A stretch of 64,000 bases of DNA. Origin: Bacillota bacterium (GTDB taxonomy: Bacteria > Bacillota > PH28-bin88). This document shows, one piece after another, positions 52,403-61,979 of the stretch. Both the position numbers and the translations under genes were made by a program. Position 1 is the stretch's first letter. Each line of letters begins with the position of its first letter. The stretch spans positions 3,800 to 67,799 of the forward strand of contig JBFLXH010000009.1 of assembly GCA_040757295.1 (NCBI GenBank), in the 5' to 3' direction. The notes under the pieces were generated by a model. That model searched no databases. It had not been told where the DNA came from and saw nothing but the letters and a program-made list of their open reading frames with translations.

Positions 52403-53752
52403 GTGCCTGATAATGTTTTTTACCGAAGCGTGCGCAAAGAGCATCCGGTAGTTGACCGGGGCGAGGGGATTTACCTTTATGACAAAAACGGCAAGCGCTA
52501 TATTGATGCGTGCGCCGGGTCGGCAGTCGCAAATATCGGCCATGGGAATACCAAGGTGATTAACGCGATGTTGGCCCAGGCCCAGAAAGTTGCTTTTACC
52601 CATCTTTCCCGCTGGACCTCTGAGCCGGCCAGGAAACTGGCGGATATGGTAGCTGCCCTGGCTCCGGGGAGTCTTAACAAGCTCTACCTGGTATCCGGCG
52701 GGTCCGAGGCTACCGAATCAGCCTTGAAAATGGCCCGGCAGTATTTTCTCGAAAGGGATGGGGTTAGCGGCAAGTACAAAATCATCTCCCGCTGGAAGAG
52801 TTTTCACGGGAATACCATTGGCTCCCTTTCCATGACCGGGGACAACCGCCGCAAGAAGTATACGCCCTTGCTGCTGGACTTCCCCAAAATCAATCCCCCC
52901 TATTGCTTCCGCTGTGACTACGGGAAAGACCCTGCTCACTGCGGTTTGGACTGCGCCTATGAGCTGGAAAAGGTTCTAATGAAGGTTGGGGCGGACAGCG
53001 TGGCTGCCTTTATCGCCGAACCGGTTATCGGGGCTGCTTCCGGCGCAGTAGTGCCGCCTGACGGCTATTTTAAGGCCATCCGGGAAATCTGCGATAAGCA
53101 TGACATCCTGTTCATTGCCGATGAGGTGATGACTGGTTTTGGCCGCACCGGTTCCATGTTTGCCATGGAGCAGTTTGGAGTAATACCGGATCTGATTACC
53201 GTAGCCAAAGGGATGAGTGCCGGGTACATACCCCTGGGCGGTGTTGTGGTTAAAGACGAGATTTATGAGACCTTCAAGAAAGGCTCAGGTGTTTTTGTCC
53301 ACGGCCATACCTATGGCGGAAATCCTCTGGCCGCAGCAGTGGCAGTAGCTGTGCTGGAAGTCCTTCAGGAAGAAAACCTGGTGGAAAATTCCCGGGTTGT
53401 GGGGCAGTATTTATTGGAACAGCTGCAGGAAAAATTGGCTCATTCTCCTATCGTTGGCGATGTCCGCGGCCGGGGCCTGATGCAGGGCGTGGAAATAGTA
53501 AAAGAAAAGGGGAGCAAGACGCCCTTTGGGGCTAAACTGGGCATGGCGGAAAAGGCCACCCTGAAGCTGATGCATCACGGCGTCATCGTTTATCCTGGTA
53601 ACGGAGCAGCCGACGGGATTGCCGGGGACCATTTCCTCCTGGCGCCGCCCCTGATTATTACGAGAGAACAGGCCGATGAACTGGTTCAAGGCATAGTTAA
53701 CGGGTTTGCTGACCTGGAACAAGAGTTGCACGCAAGCTGTGAATTAAACTAA
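52403..53752 (+). CDS. Class-III (omega/beta-amino acid) PLP aminotransferase
   Basis: 'YLVSGGSEATESALKMAR', 'FIADEVMTGFGRTG' and 'TVAKGMSAGYIPLG' (Schiff-base Lys). 449 aa, GTG start. Confidence 0.85.
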   Translation: MPDNVFYRSVRKEHPVVDRGEGIYLYDKNGKRYIDACAGSAVANIGHGNTKVINAMLAQAQKVAFTHLSRWTSEPARKLADMVAALAPGSLNKLYLVSGGSEATESALKMARQYFLERDGVSGKYKIISRWKSFHGNTIGSLSMTGDNRRKKYTPLLLDFPKINPPYCFRCDYGKDPAHCGLDCAYELEKVLMKVGADSVAAFIAEPVIGAASGAVVPPDGYFKAIREICDKHDILFIADEVMTGFGRTGSMFAMEQFGVIPDLITVAKGMSAGYIPLGGVVVKDEIYETFKKGSGVFVHGHTYGGNPLAAAVAVAVLEVLQEENLVENSRVVGQYLLEQLQEKLAHSPIVGDVRGRGLMQGVEIVKEKGSKTPFGAKLGMAEKATLKLMHHGVIVYPGNGAADGIAGDHFLLAPPLIITREQADELVQGIVNGFADLEQELHASCELN

Positions 53753-53764
53753 AGGAGAAAAGCT

Positions 53765-54586
53765 ATGGATAAACTGATTATTACCATTGCCCCTACCGGT
53801 AATGTGCCTACTCGGGAAATGACTCCTCACGTGCCGGTGACGCCGGAAGAAATTGTGCGGGATATTTATGACTGCTATAATGCTGGAGCCGCCGTAGCCC
53901 ATATCCATGCCAGGGATGAGGAGTACCGCCCAACCCCCCGGGTGGATGTCTTTGCTGCCATTTTACAGGGTTTGAAGGCTACCGGTATTCCGATTATCCG
54001 GCAGTTATCCACCGGAGGCCGCCATGGCAAAACTTTAGAGGAGCGTTCCCAAAACCTGACCTTAAACCCGGAAATGGCCAGTCTGAGTACCGGGTCTACC
54101 AACTTTCCCAACATGGCCTATGTCAATGCGCCGGATCTGATTGAACACCTGGCTCAAATGATGAAAGATCGAAACATTAAACCGGAGATCGAAGTCTTTG
54201 ACACCGCAATGATTAATAATGCCGTTTTATTGGCCCAAAGAGGGTTGATCCGAGAACCCTTGCAGTTCAACTTTGTGATGGGTATCAAGGGGGCTTTGCC
54301 GGCTACTCCCAAAAACCTGATGCACCTGGTGGAAAGCATCCCGGCAGGATGTCCGTGGACCGTCTCCATTATTGGCCCCCAGCATGTGGCCTTATCAACG
54401 ATGGCTTTGGCTATGGGTGGCCACGTCCGGGTCGGGATTGAAGACAATATTTATTTTGCAAAAGGAGAACTGGCTACCAATGTGCGTCTGGTGGAAAGGA
54501 TAGTAGCTATTGCTAAAGCGGTGGGCAGGGAGATTGCCACCCCGGATGAAGCGAGGGCAATCCTTGGCCTGAAGCCGAGAGGCTAG
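53765..54586 (+). CDS. Beta-keto acid cleavage enzyme (BKACE/DUF849; 3-keto-5-aminohexanoate cleavage enzyme-like)
   Basis: 'LIITIAPTGNVPTREMTPHVPVTPEEI...AGAAVAHIHARDEE' is the Kce N-terminal signature. 273 aa. Confidence 0.85.
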   Translation: MDKLIITIAPTGNVPTREMTPHVPVTPEEIVRDIYDCYNAGAAVAHIHARDEEYRPTPRVDVFAAILQGLKATGIPIIRQLSTGGRHGKTLEERSQNLTLNPEMASLSTGSTNFPNMAYVNAPDLIEHLAQMMKDRNIKPEIEVFDTAMINNAVLLAQRGLIREPLQFNFVMGIKGALPATPKNLMHLVESIPAGCPWTVSIIGPQHVALSTMALAMGGHVRVGIEDNIYFAKGELATNVRLVERIVAIAKAVGREIATPDEARAILGLKPRG

Positions 54587-54613
54587 ATTATTACCTGGGA
54601 GTTGAGGAATTGC

Positions 54614-55282
54614 ATGAATAAGGCCGTGACAATCAAAAAGGCCCTGGCTTACCTGCGGGATGGAATGACCGTCATGATTGGCGGGTTTATGGCCGCCGGA
54701 ACCCCGCATGCCTTAATTCAGGCGATGGTTGAAAAAGGACTGAAAGACCTAACCATTATTGTAAATGATACAGCCTTTCCCGGAGTGGGCATCGGCAAAC
54801 TGATCGATGCTAGGGCGGTGAAAAAGGTAATCGCTTCCCATATTGGCACAAACCCTGTCACAGGCAAGTTGATGACCGGGGGGGAAATAGAAGTTGACCT
54901 GGTGCCTCAGGGTACCTTGGTGGAAAGGATTCGCTGCGGGGGGGCCGGCCTGGGAGGGGTGCTAACGCCCACCGGCACCGGGACCGTAGTGGAGCAAGGC
55001 AAACAAAAGCTTTTTGTGAACGGCCGGGAGTACCTTTTAGAATTGCCCCTTAGGGCTGATGTAGCCCTGATTAAAGCTCACCGGGCTGATAAAGCCGGCA
55101 ACCTGACCTTCCGCCGAGCAGCGCGCAACTTTAACCCGGTTATGGCTACCGCCGCTGACCTGGTGATTGCCGAGACCGAACACCTTTTGGAGATCGGCGG
55201 TCTTGATCCTGATGAGATAATGGCACCTGGGATCTTCGTGCATATGGTCATACAACCGGAAGGGGGCAAGGAACTTGGATAA
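54614..55282 (+). CDS. 3-oxoacid CoA-transferase subunit A
   Basis: '[18 protein letters not shown]' (AtoD/ScoA family). Confidence 0.85.
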   Translation: MNKAVTIKKALAYLRDGMTVMIGGFMAAGTPHALIQAMVEKGLKDLTIIVNDTAFPGVGIGKLIDARAVKKVIASHIGTNPVTGKLMTGGEIEVDLVPQGTLVERIRCGGAGLGGVLTPTGTGTVVEQGKQKLFVNGREYLLELPLRADVALIKAHRADKAGNLTFRRAARNFNPVMATAADLVIAETEHLLEIGGLDPDEIMAPGIFVHMVIQPEGGKELG

Positions 55283-55928
55283 GCGGGCTATGATCGCCAA
55301 GCGGATCGCTCAGGAATTTAAAGACGGCCAGGTAGTAAACCTGGGTATCGGTTTGCCGACGCTTGTTGCCAATTACCTGCCGCCAGATGTTCAATTGATC
55401 CTCCATTCCGAAAACGGCTTTTTAGGTATCGGACCGGTACCTGACGAGGCTAACTGGGACAAAGATATAGTCAATGCCGGCGGCCAGCCCAGTTCCATAT
55501 TGCCAGGGGGCTCTTGTTTCGACAGCGCTACTTCCTTTGCGATTATCCGGGGTGGCCACTTGGATGCCACTGTCCTTGGCGCTTTGGAAGTTGATGCTGA
55601 AGGTAATTTGGCCAATTGGATGATCCCGGGCAAAATGGTTCCCGGTATGGGCGGAGCTATGGATCTGGTAGTTGGAGCAAAACGGGTAATAGTGGCTATG
55701 GAACATACCGCCAAGGACGGCAGCCCAAAAATATTAAAAAGGTGCCGCCTGCCCTTAACAGCCGTTAATGAAGTAGATTTGATTGTTACTGACCTAGGAG
55801 TAATCCAGGTCACTTCGAATGGATTGGTCTTGACTGAAGTAGCTCCTGGCGTAAAGCCCGAAGAGGTCCTAATGGCTACTGAGGCGCCCCTATCCGTTCA
55901 CCCCGATTTAAAAGTAATGCCGGTATAA
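55275..55928 (+). CDS. 3-oxoacid CoA-transferase subunit B
   Basis: '[11 protein letters not shown]' and 'ENG' glutamate motif (AtoA/ScoB family). Confidence 0.85.
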   Translation: MDKRAMIAKRIAQEFKDGQVVNLGIGLPTLVANYLPPDVQLILHSENGFLGIGPVPDEANWDKDIVNAGGQPSSILPGGSCFDSATSFAIIRGGHLDATVLGALEVDAEGNLANWMIPGKMVPGMGGAMDLVVGAKRVIVAMEHTAKDGSPKILKRCRLPLTAVNEVDLIVTDLGVIQVTSNGLVLTEVAPGVKPEEVLMATEAPLSVHPDLKVMPV

Positions 55929-55996
55929 CGTAGAAAACAAATAAAAGAGACATGAACCCGTCAAAAGGTCATGTCTCTCAATATTTCGCTTGGAAA

Positions 55997-56857
55997 TTAC
56001 TCATCTGTATAATAGATGTTAAAGGTTTGCCAGATTTCTTCCAGCTGGCGGAGGGCTTCTTCCGTCCGGCCGCTTTCTTTGGTTCCCACAGCAATAATCA
56101 GGGCATTGATCACGCTCAGAGGAGCAACGAAAGAGTCAATGAATGAGGCCATGTCACTGTGAGCCACCAGGGTAACCTTGGCATGTTTGGCAAGAGGGGA
56201 CATCACACTGTCAGAAATAGCAAGAGTAGTAGCCCCCTTTTCTTTGGCATATTTTAGCCCCTCAACAGTTTGGCGGCTGTAGCGGGGAAAAGAAATCCCG
56301 ATAACCAGATCCCCAGTGCCTACGGCTGTAAGCTGTTCGAAGACGGTTCCTGCGCCGCTGATAATCCGGCAGTTCTTAAGCAACAGGTGGAGGTAGAAGT
56401 TGAGGAAATGGCCCAAAGCCGTGGCGCTCCGCAAGCTGATGATATATATATTCCTGGCTGACAGGATCATGGAGACAGCTTCGTTAAAATCCTCCCGGGA
56501 TATTTCCTCCAAAGTCAGCTGGATGTTGTTAATATCGTTCTTCAACACCTGGTCAACCACATGGTCATTGGTATCTCGGACAGTCATCTGCAGCCGGTCT
56601 ACTGTGGTCAACCGGTTCTTTAGAATATCCTGCAAAGCCCTTTGCATCTGAGGATAGCCGTCATACCCAAGGGCATAAGCAAACCGTACCACTGTTGATT
56701 CGCTTACTCCGATGACTGCGCCCAACCTGGCGGCAGTCATAAAGGCTGCTTTATCATAATTCGATAACAGGTATTCGGCAATCATTTTCTGCCCGGCGCT
56801 GAAATTAGGCGAGATTTCTTGTACTCGTGCGAAAAACTGCGGCGTTTTCAGGAGCAT
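55997..56857 (-). CDS. RpiR/MurR-family transcriptional regulator (HTH + SIS domain)
   Basis: N-terminal HTH 'MTAARLGAVIGVSESTVVRFAYALGYDGY' and C-terminal SIS domain. Divergent to TRAP system 2. Confidence 0.85.
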   Translation of the reverse strand: MLLKTPQFFARVQEISPNFSAGQKMIAEYLLSNYDKAAFMTAARLGAVIGVSESTVVRFAYALGYDGYPQMQRALQDILKNRLTTVDRLQMTVRDTNDHVVDQVLKNDINNIQLTLEEISREDFNEAVSMILSARNIYIISLRSATALGHFLNFYLHLLLKNCRIISGAGTVFEQLTAVGTGDLVIGISFPRYSRQTVEGLKYAKEKGATTLAISDSVMSPLAKHAKVTLVAHSDMASFIDSFVAPLSVINALIIAVGTKESGRTEEALRQLEEIWQTFNIYYTDE

Positions 56858-56992
56858 CTCCTCCTTGTTGGTCCATAAACTAATTTTCTACAATAGTCGG
56901 TAAATTCCTTCAAGGCAAGGGAAATGCAGTTTCAATGCCGAAGTATTGCCTAAGGCATAAAAAAACTGGAGGTTTTAACTCCAGTAGCTAAA

Positions 56993-57115
56993 ATCTATTC
57001 ATTAAAACCCCAAAATGGTGGGAAGAAGCCGCCGCCAAAAAACAGGAAGAACAGGATCAGAAAAATTATGCCGGGAAAGAAAAAGATTTGTGTTTCAAAC
57101 CTTTCGTTGGGCATG
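56993..57115 (-). CDS. Unannotated 40-aa Phe/Gly-rich hydrophobic peptide (YjcZ-like?)
   Basis: MPNERFETQIFFFPGIIFLILFFLFFGGGFFPPFWGFNE. ATG preceded by AAAGGAG at 8-nt spacing. Below the ORF-track length cutoff. Confidence 0.4.
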
Positions 57116-57372
57116 GTGATCACTCCTTTCAGTAGTAGCCTATGTGTTCAGATAACTGACGGTGTTTGTCCCTGGATAAAAATGCTAAATAACCTTTTCT
57201 GTCCTTTCAGACTGGATCGCTAAACAATCTTTTTTTTGATAAATGCCTCTTGATTTTTTCTGAGGAATAGATATAAACTACATCTAAACAGGCTATTGAT
57301 ATGCAGGATGGGTTCCCAGGACAATGAAACTGGCGGCAGGATGGGAAGAACGGTAGGAGGTGTCATTTTGAG

Positions 57373-57403
57373 CACACACTCCCGTGTGTGTTTTTGTTTT
57401 TTT
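57373..57403 (+). terminator. Intrinsic terminator in the leader of TRAP system 2
   Basis: cacacac-tccc-gtgtgtg followed by T5GT7. Confidence 0.6.
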
Positions 57404-57413
57404 CGACAGAGGA

Positions 57414-57483
57414 CGCAGACAAGGGGACGGTTCTCTTGTCGCGGGGTGCGCAGACAAGGGGACGGTTCTCTTGTCGCGGGGTG
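57414..57483 (+). repeat. Perfect 2 x 35-bp tandem direct repeat, each unit containing inverted repeat GACAAG-n11-CTTGTC
   Basis: cgcagacaaggggacggttctcttgtcgcggggtg occurs twice in tandem at 57414-57448 and 57449-57483. Confidence 0.9.
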
Positions 57484-57538
57484 GAAAACAAAAGTTTTTT
57501 AGCTTTCGATGACCGCGCTAACAACAAGGAGGGCTAAG

Positions 57539-59506
57539 ATGACCAATACCGCTGTAGGAGCTGAGAAAGAAAAAGAACTTCAAGGCCTGCTGGAAGAAAA
57601 AGATAGTGAGCAAAGGATAAGAAGTTACATAGGACTAGCCGGGAAATTTGTAACAATATTTGCCGTTATTTGGTCGCTTTTTCAATTATATGCAACCAGC
57701 TTTGGCGTTTTCGATGCAATCAGGCTCAGGACCTGGCATATCCTTTTCCTATTAACCATGGCTTTCCTTTTATATCCTGCTTCTAAAGGAGAAAAAAAGG
57801 TCCGTTCCAGCCCTGCCTTTTTGGATATAGCGTGTATTTTACTGAGCATTGGAGCTTTTGCTTATTTATTACTTAATTACAAGACCATTGCCTTACGTGG
57901 AGGTTATCTATTACCTGTTGATTATGTGGCAGCTTCCATCGGGGTCATTATGGTCTTTGAGGCTGCCCGCAGGACTGTAGGGAATCTGGCCTATCTGGCT
58001 GGCATCTTCTTCCTTTATAATTTTGCGGGTGCATTTATTCCAGGCGCTTTTGGCCACAGCGGTTTTGCCTGGAAGAGGGTAGTAGAACACATGTTTTGGG
58101 GCAGCCAGGGCCTCTTAGGTATTGGAATTGGGGTTTCAGCTACTTATATATTTCTATTTATGCTTTTTGGGGCCTTTTTACGGATCAGCGGGTTTAGCAG
58201 TTTTATTAACGACCTGGCCTTGACTGTAGCAGGCAGGACTGCCGGTGGACCGGCCAAAGTGGCTGTCCTGGCCAGTGCTCTGATGGGAATGATTAATGGC
58301 AGTGCAGTGGCTAATGTAGCCACTACTGGGACTATCACCATTCCCCTGATGAAAAAGAACGGCTATAATGCCAACTTTGCTGCTGCGGTGGAGGCCGTGG
58401 CTTCTACTGGTGGCCAGTTTTGCCCGCCGATTATGGGGGCAGTTGGCTTTATCATGGCAGAGTTTCTTGGGGTGCCTTACACCAAAGTAATGTTAGCGGC
58501 AATAATTCCGGCTTTTCTCTATTACTTGACACTAATCATGGCAGTCCACTTCGAGGCAAAAAAGACCGGCTTAAGGGGACTTTCAAAAGAAAACATTCCG
58601 AAGGCCTTGGAAGTGATTAAAAAGAGAGGCCATCTGATAATACCACTGATTACTCTCCTGGTCATACTTTTTCTTGGTTATACGCCCCTTTATGCCGCCG
58701 TCTTTTCCATCCTAGCTACAATTGCGGCCAGCTGGCTATCCCGGGAGACCCGCATGAGTTTGGGTTCCATTATCCAGGCCCTGGAAGAAGGCGCCAAAAG
58801 CGCTGTGGGTGTGGGGGTTGCCTGTATTATCATTGGGGTCATCATTGGAACCGTTTCCTTAACAGGTTTGGGGTTGACTTTTGGCTATCAAATCCTCCGG
58901 TTTGTGGGTGATGGGCAATTATTCCTGGGCGGTTTCCTGGTCATGTTAATGAGCATTATTCTGGGCATGGGTGTTCCCGGTATTGCGGCTTATGTTATTG
59001 TGGCGGCAGTGGCAGCCCCCGTCCTGATCCATGTAGGGGCAACCCCTATGGCGGCTCATATGTTTGTTTTGATTTATGCCTGCTTGTCCAATATTACGCC
59101 GCCGGTAGCCATGTCCTCTTATGTTGCTGCCGGGATAGCCCATTCCGACCAGAATAAAACTTCTTGCATAGCGGTAAAACTTGGCCTAATAGGATTTTTA
59201 TTGCCTTTCTTTTTTCTCTACCATCCGGCCCTGCTCTTTGAAGGAGCCAGTAAGTGGCAGAGTTTGCATGCTTCCTTAACAGCTACCCTGGGAGTAATAT
59301 CTCTGGCCTCAGCCCTGCAGGGGTGGCTGTTAACAAAGCATAACTGGATAACTCGGGTCTTGCTCTTTTTAACTGCCTTCTTAACCCTTGAACCTTCAAC
59401 AGTATTTGACTTATTAGGTTTTGGGCTTTTCATGGGTGTAGTTTTATGGCAAAAATTATCTCTGGCTAAAACTAGGGTGGAAGGGACAGAAGCTAAGCCC
59501 ATTTAA
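57539..59506 (+). CDS. TRAP transporter fused permease (TAXI type; system 2)
   Basis: Paralog of the 50066 permease. ATG 57539 lies 7 nt after AAGGAGG; the ORF-track 57509 start is an extension. Confidence 0.85.
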   Translation: MTNTAVGAEKEKELQGLLEEKDSEQRIRSYIGLAGKFVTIFAVIWSLFQLYATSFGVFDAIRLRTWHILFLLTMAFLLYPASKGEKKVRSSPAFLDIACILLSIGAFAYLLLNYKTIALRGGYLLPVDYVAASIGVIMVFEAARRTVGNLAYLAGIFFLYNFAGAFIPGAFGHSGFAWKRVVEHMFWGSQGLLGIGIGVSATYIFLFMLFGAFLRISGFSSFINDLALTVAGRTAGGPAKVAVLASALMGMINGSAVANVATTGTITIPLMKKNGYNANFAAAVEAVASTGGQFCPPIMGAVGFIMAEFLGVPYTKVMLAAIIPAFLYYLTLIMAVHFEAKKTGLRGLSKENIPKALEVIKKRGHLIIPLITLLVILFLGYTPLYAAVFSILATIAASWLSRETRMSLGSIIQALEEGAKSAVGVGVACIIIGVIIGTVSLTGLGLTFGYQILRFVGDGQLFLGGFLVMLMSIILGMGVPGIAAYVIVAAVAAPVLIHVGATPMAAHMFVLIYACLSNITPPVAMSSYVAAGIAHSDQNKTSCIAVKLGLIGFLLPFFFLYHPALLFEGASKWQSLHASLTATLGVISLASALQGWLLTKHNWITRVLLFLTAFLTLEPSTVFDLLGFGLFMGVVLWQKLSLAKTRVEGTEAKPI

Positions 59507-59623
59507 AGCTGTTCTGGCTTCATAGCAATTGCCCCATTTAGGCGGAGGTGATGTATTACCACAAGGTTTTGCATAGAGCGCGCAGGAGGCAAAAGAAAAA
59601 AATAACAGGAGGGCTATTAAGAA

Positions 59624-60628
59624 ATGAAACACAAATCAATCGTCTATTTGCTGGTTATTATGTTGATTATAGGTTTGTCCTTAGGATGTTCAGGCAAAGA
59701 GGCTCCTAAAGAAGCGCCAAAAGAGGCACCCAAAGACAAGATAGTAACCCTAAACTTTCCGACAGCTACCACCACGGGGACAATTTATCCCTTGGGAGCG
59801 GCCATGGCCAATATGTGGAATACGATGCTTCCCAATGTTAAAGTCACTGCTCAGGCCTCTAACGGTGGAGTGCATAACCTTAACCTGATGCGGGAAGGAA
59901 ACGCGCAAATATCCTTTATTACCACAGGGATTGGCTGGGAGGCCCTAAATGGTACGGCAACATTTAAAGACAGGCCTTATAAAGATTTGCGGATTATTGC
60001 CGGCCTGTATTATAACCCTAACCAACTGGTTGTAAGAGAAGCGGCCAACATCAAGACAATAGCTGACCTTAAAGGTAAAAACTTCGCCCCGGGCGCCTCC
60101 GGCAGCACTCCGGAAGTGGAAACCAGGCTGCTTTTAACCGAAGCCGGTTTTAAGTACCCTGATGATATTAAGCCCCATTTTGTTGGGTTTACAGAAGCCA
60201 TTGACCTGATGCGGAATAAACAGATTGACGGGGCCATGATTATGGCCGGCATTCCTACTGCAGCGGTTACCGAAATGACTGCTACTGCAGGGGGGAGACT
60301 CCTAAGTATTGATGAGAACCTGCGCCAAGCCCTAAAGGCTAAGTACCCCTGGTATGCAGACTTTGTTATCCCAGCTGGTACCTATGAGAACCAGAAAGAG
60401 GATGTGAATACCCTGGCAATAAAGATGGTTCTTATTGCCGATGCCAAGGTTTCTGAGGATATAATTTACAACTTGACTAAACTCTTTTGGGAAAACCTGG
60501 ATGTAATCAGGCCTGCCCATAAAATAGTTAATCAGATGAAGCTGGAGGCGGCAGTAACAGATTTATCAGGCATTCCTCTCCACCCGGGGGCTGAAAAGTA
60601 CTACAAAGAAAAAGGGTTGCTAAAATAA
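59624..60628 (+). CDS. TAXI-family TRAP transporter solute-binding lipoprotein (system 2)
   Basis: Lipobox 'LSLGCSG', (EAPK)3 linker and 'TATTTGTIYPLGAAMA' TAXI signature. Confidence 0.85.
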   Translation: MKHKSIVYLLVIMLIIGLSLGCSGKEAPKEAPKEAPKDKIVTLNFPTATTTGTIYPLGAAMANMWNTMLPNVKVTAQASNGGVHNLNLMREGNAQISFITTGIGWEALNGTATFKDRPYKDLRIIAGLYYNPNQLVVREAANIKTIADLKGKNFAPGASGSTPEVETRLLLTEAGFKYPDDIKPHFVGFTEAIDLMRNKQIDGAMIMAGIPTAAVTEMTATAGGRLLSIDENLRQALKAKYPWYADFVIPAGTYENQKEDVNTLAIKMVLIADAKVSEDIIYNLTKLFWENLDVIRPAHKIVNQMKLEAAVTDLSGIPLHPGAEKYYKEKGLLK

Positions 60629-60666
60629 GGAATAATTATTTAGGCGCTCCCCTTCAGGAGGTTAAT

Positions 60667-61830
60667 ATGAACGAGGCTAAAGTTGCAGTACAACATGGCC
60701 CAAATCCGGCTACCCTAGCCTATAATGCAATTAAAGGCGTTTTTGACGACGATGTTCAAGGCAAAAAGGTCCTGCTCAAACCCAACACAGGAAGGAAGGG
60801 TCCGGCTAAAAGCGGTCTCTGCACCCATCCTGAAGTAATTCGAGGGTTAATTAGTTTTTTTCAGGAAAAGGGCGCCGCGGAAATCTATGTTGGAGATGGA
60901 CCCCTGTTCGGTGTTGATGAATGGGAGGCCCTTGCAGCTGCGGGCATCATGGAAGTTTGCCAAGAGACAGGAGCCAAATGTGTTGACCTTGATGAGTACC
61001 AGCCTATGGACATACCTATCAAGGATGCAGTAATAGCCGATAGTATAAAAGTCTCTTCGTTTATCAGGCAGGTTGACTTGGTAGTGTCTGTGCCGGTAAT
61101 CAAAACTCATATGTATACCGGTGTCACTCTCAGCATTAAAAACATGAAGGGCTGTCTCTATAAAAAGGAAAAAACCAAACTGCACCGGATTGATAAGGCC
61201 CCGCCTGATCGGAGAAAGGGCTTAACTCTGGACTACGGCATTGCTGATATGGCTTCCATATTAATGCCTCATTATGCAGTAATCGATGGCATAGTCTGTA
61301 TGGAAGGCTTCGGGCCAAGCGTAGGCAGCGAGATAACCCTTGATGTGGTTGTGGCCAGCAAGAATGCCGTTGCTGCCGACCTGGTGGCTATCCGTTTAAT
61401 GGGCATGGGGTGGGAGGACATCCCCCACCTAAATCTTGTCCGGGAAAAACTGGGCCCACGGCTGGAGGATATAGTTGTTGAACCGTTGGACTTTATGAAG
61501 TTCAGTAAGAAATTTGAACCGGCCTCCCAACTAAAACTTAAAGTCGTCTATCCCAATATAAGCATTGTGGAAAAGGGTGCCTGCAGCGCCTGCAGCGCAA
61601 CCATCATGGCTTTTCTAAAGACCCATGGCAATAAATTCCCCGACGACCTAAAATTTACCTTAGCTGCAGGAAAGGACTTGGCGGAGGGAGATGTAGCAGG
61701 GACTGCAACTTACCTTATAGGAAACTGTACTGCTGCAACAGCAAAAAAAAGCGGCTTCTCGTTCTGTAAAGGTTGTCCGCCCGTAGGTTCAAGCCTGCTG
61801 TCTTTTATCACCGGCAAGGAAGCATGGTAA
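60667..61830 (+). CDS. DUF362-domain protein with C-terminal cysteine cluster
   Basis: 'KVLLKPNTG' DUF362 N-terminal motif and C-terminal 'CSACSAT...GNCTAAT...CKGCPP' cysteine cluster. Confidence 0.6.
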   Translation: MNEAKVAVQHGPNPATLAYNAIKGVFDDDVQGKKVLLKPNTGRKGPAKSGLCTHPEVIRGLISFFQEKGAAEIYVGDGPLFGVDEWEALAAAGIMEVCQETGAKCVDLDEYQPMDIPIKDAVIADSIKVSSFIRQVDLVVSVPVIKTHMYTGVTLSIKNMKGCLYKKEKTKLHRIDKAPPDRRKGLTLDYGIADMASILMPHYAVIDGIVCMEGFGPSVGSEITLDVVVASKNAVAADLVAIRLMGMGWEDIPHLNLVREKLGPRLEDIVVEPLDFMKFSKKFEPASQLKLKVVYPNISIVEKGACSACSATIMAFLKTHGNKFPDDLKFTLAAGKDLAEGDVAGTATYLIGNCTAATAKKSGFSFCKGCPPVGSSLLSFITGKEAW

Positions 61831-61850
61831 TAAAAAACTTTAAGAAATCC

Positions 61851-61895
61851 TAACAAAGCGCCCGTCTGGATATCCAGGCGGGCGCTTTGTTAGGG
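61851..61895. terminator. Strong bidirectional intrinsic terminator
   Basis: Perfect 15-bp stem ctaacaaagcgcccg / cgggcgctttgttag around a palindromic loop. Confidence 0.75.
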
Positions 61896-61979
61896 AAGAG
61901 TATTCCCCTGCCTAAAAATTTAATACTAGGGGGCACAATGTAAGACCATGCCAACGAAATCTGTCCACAACTTCTTTAA

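Noticed and set aside
57414-57483. Possible CRISPR array
   Set aside because: Only two contiguous repeat units with no spacers and no cas genes; a tandem duplication, not CRISPR.
57296-57502. 68-aa plus-strand ORF across the terminator and tandem repeat
   Set aside because: It reads through an intrinsic terminator hairpin and the 2x35-bp repeat (giving the duplicated 'RGRFSCRGV' peptide), and is Arg/Gly-rich with no RBS. Better explained as a regulatory leader.
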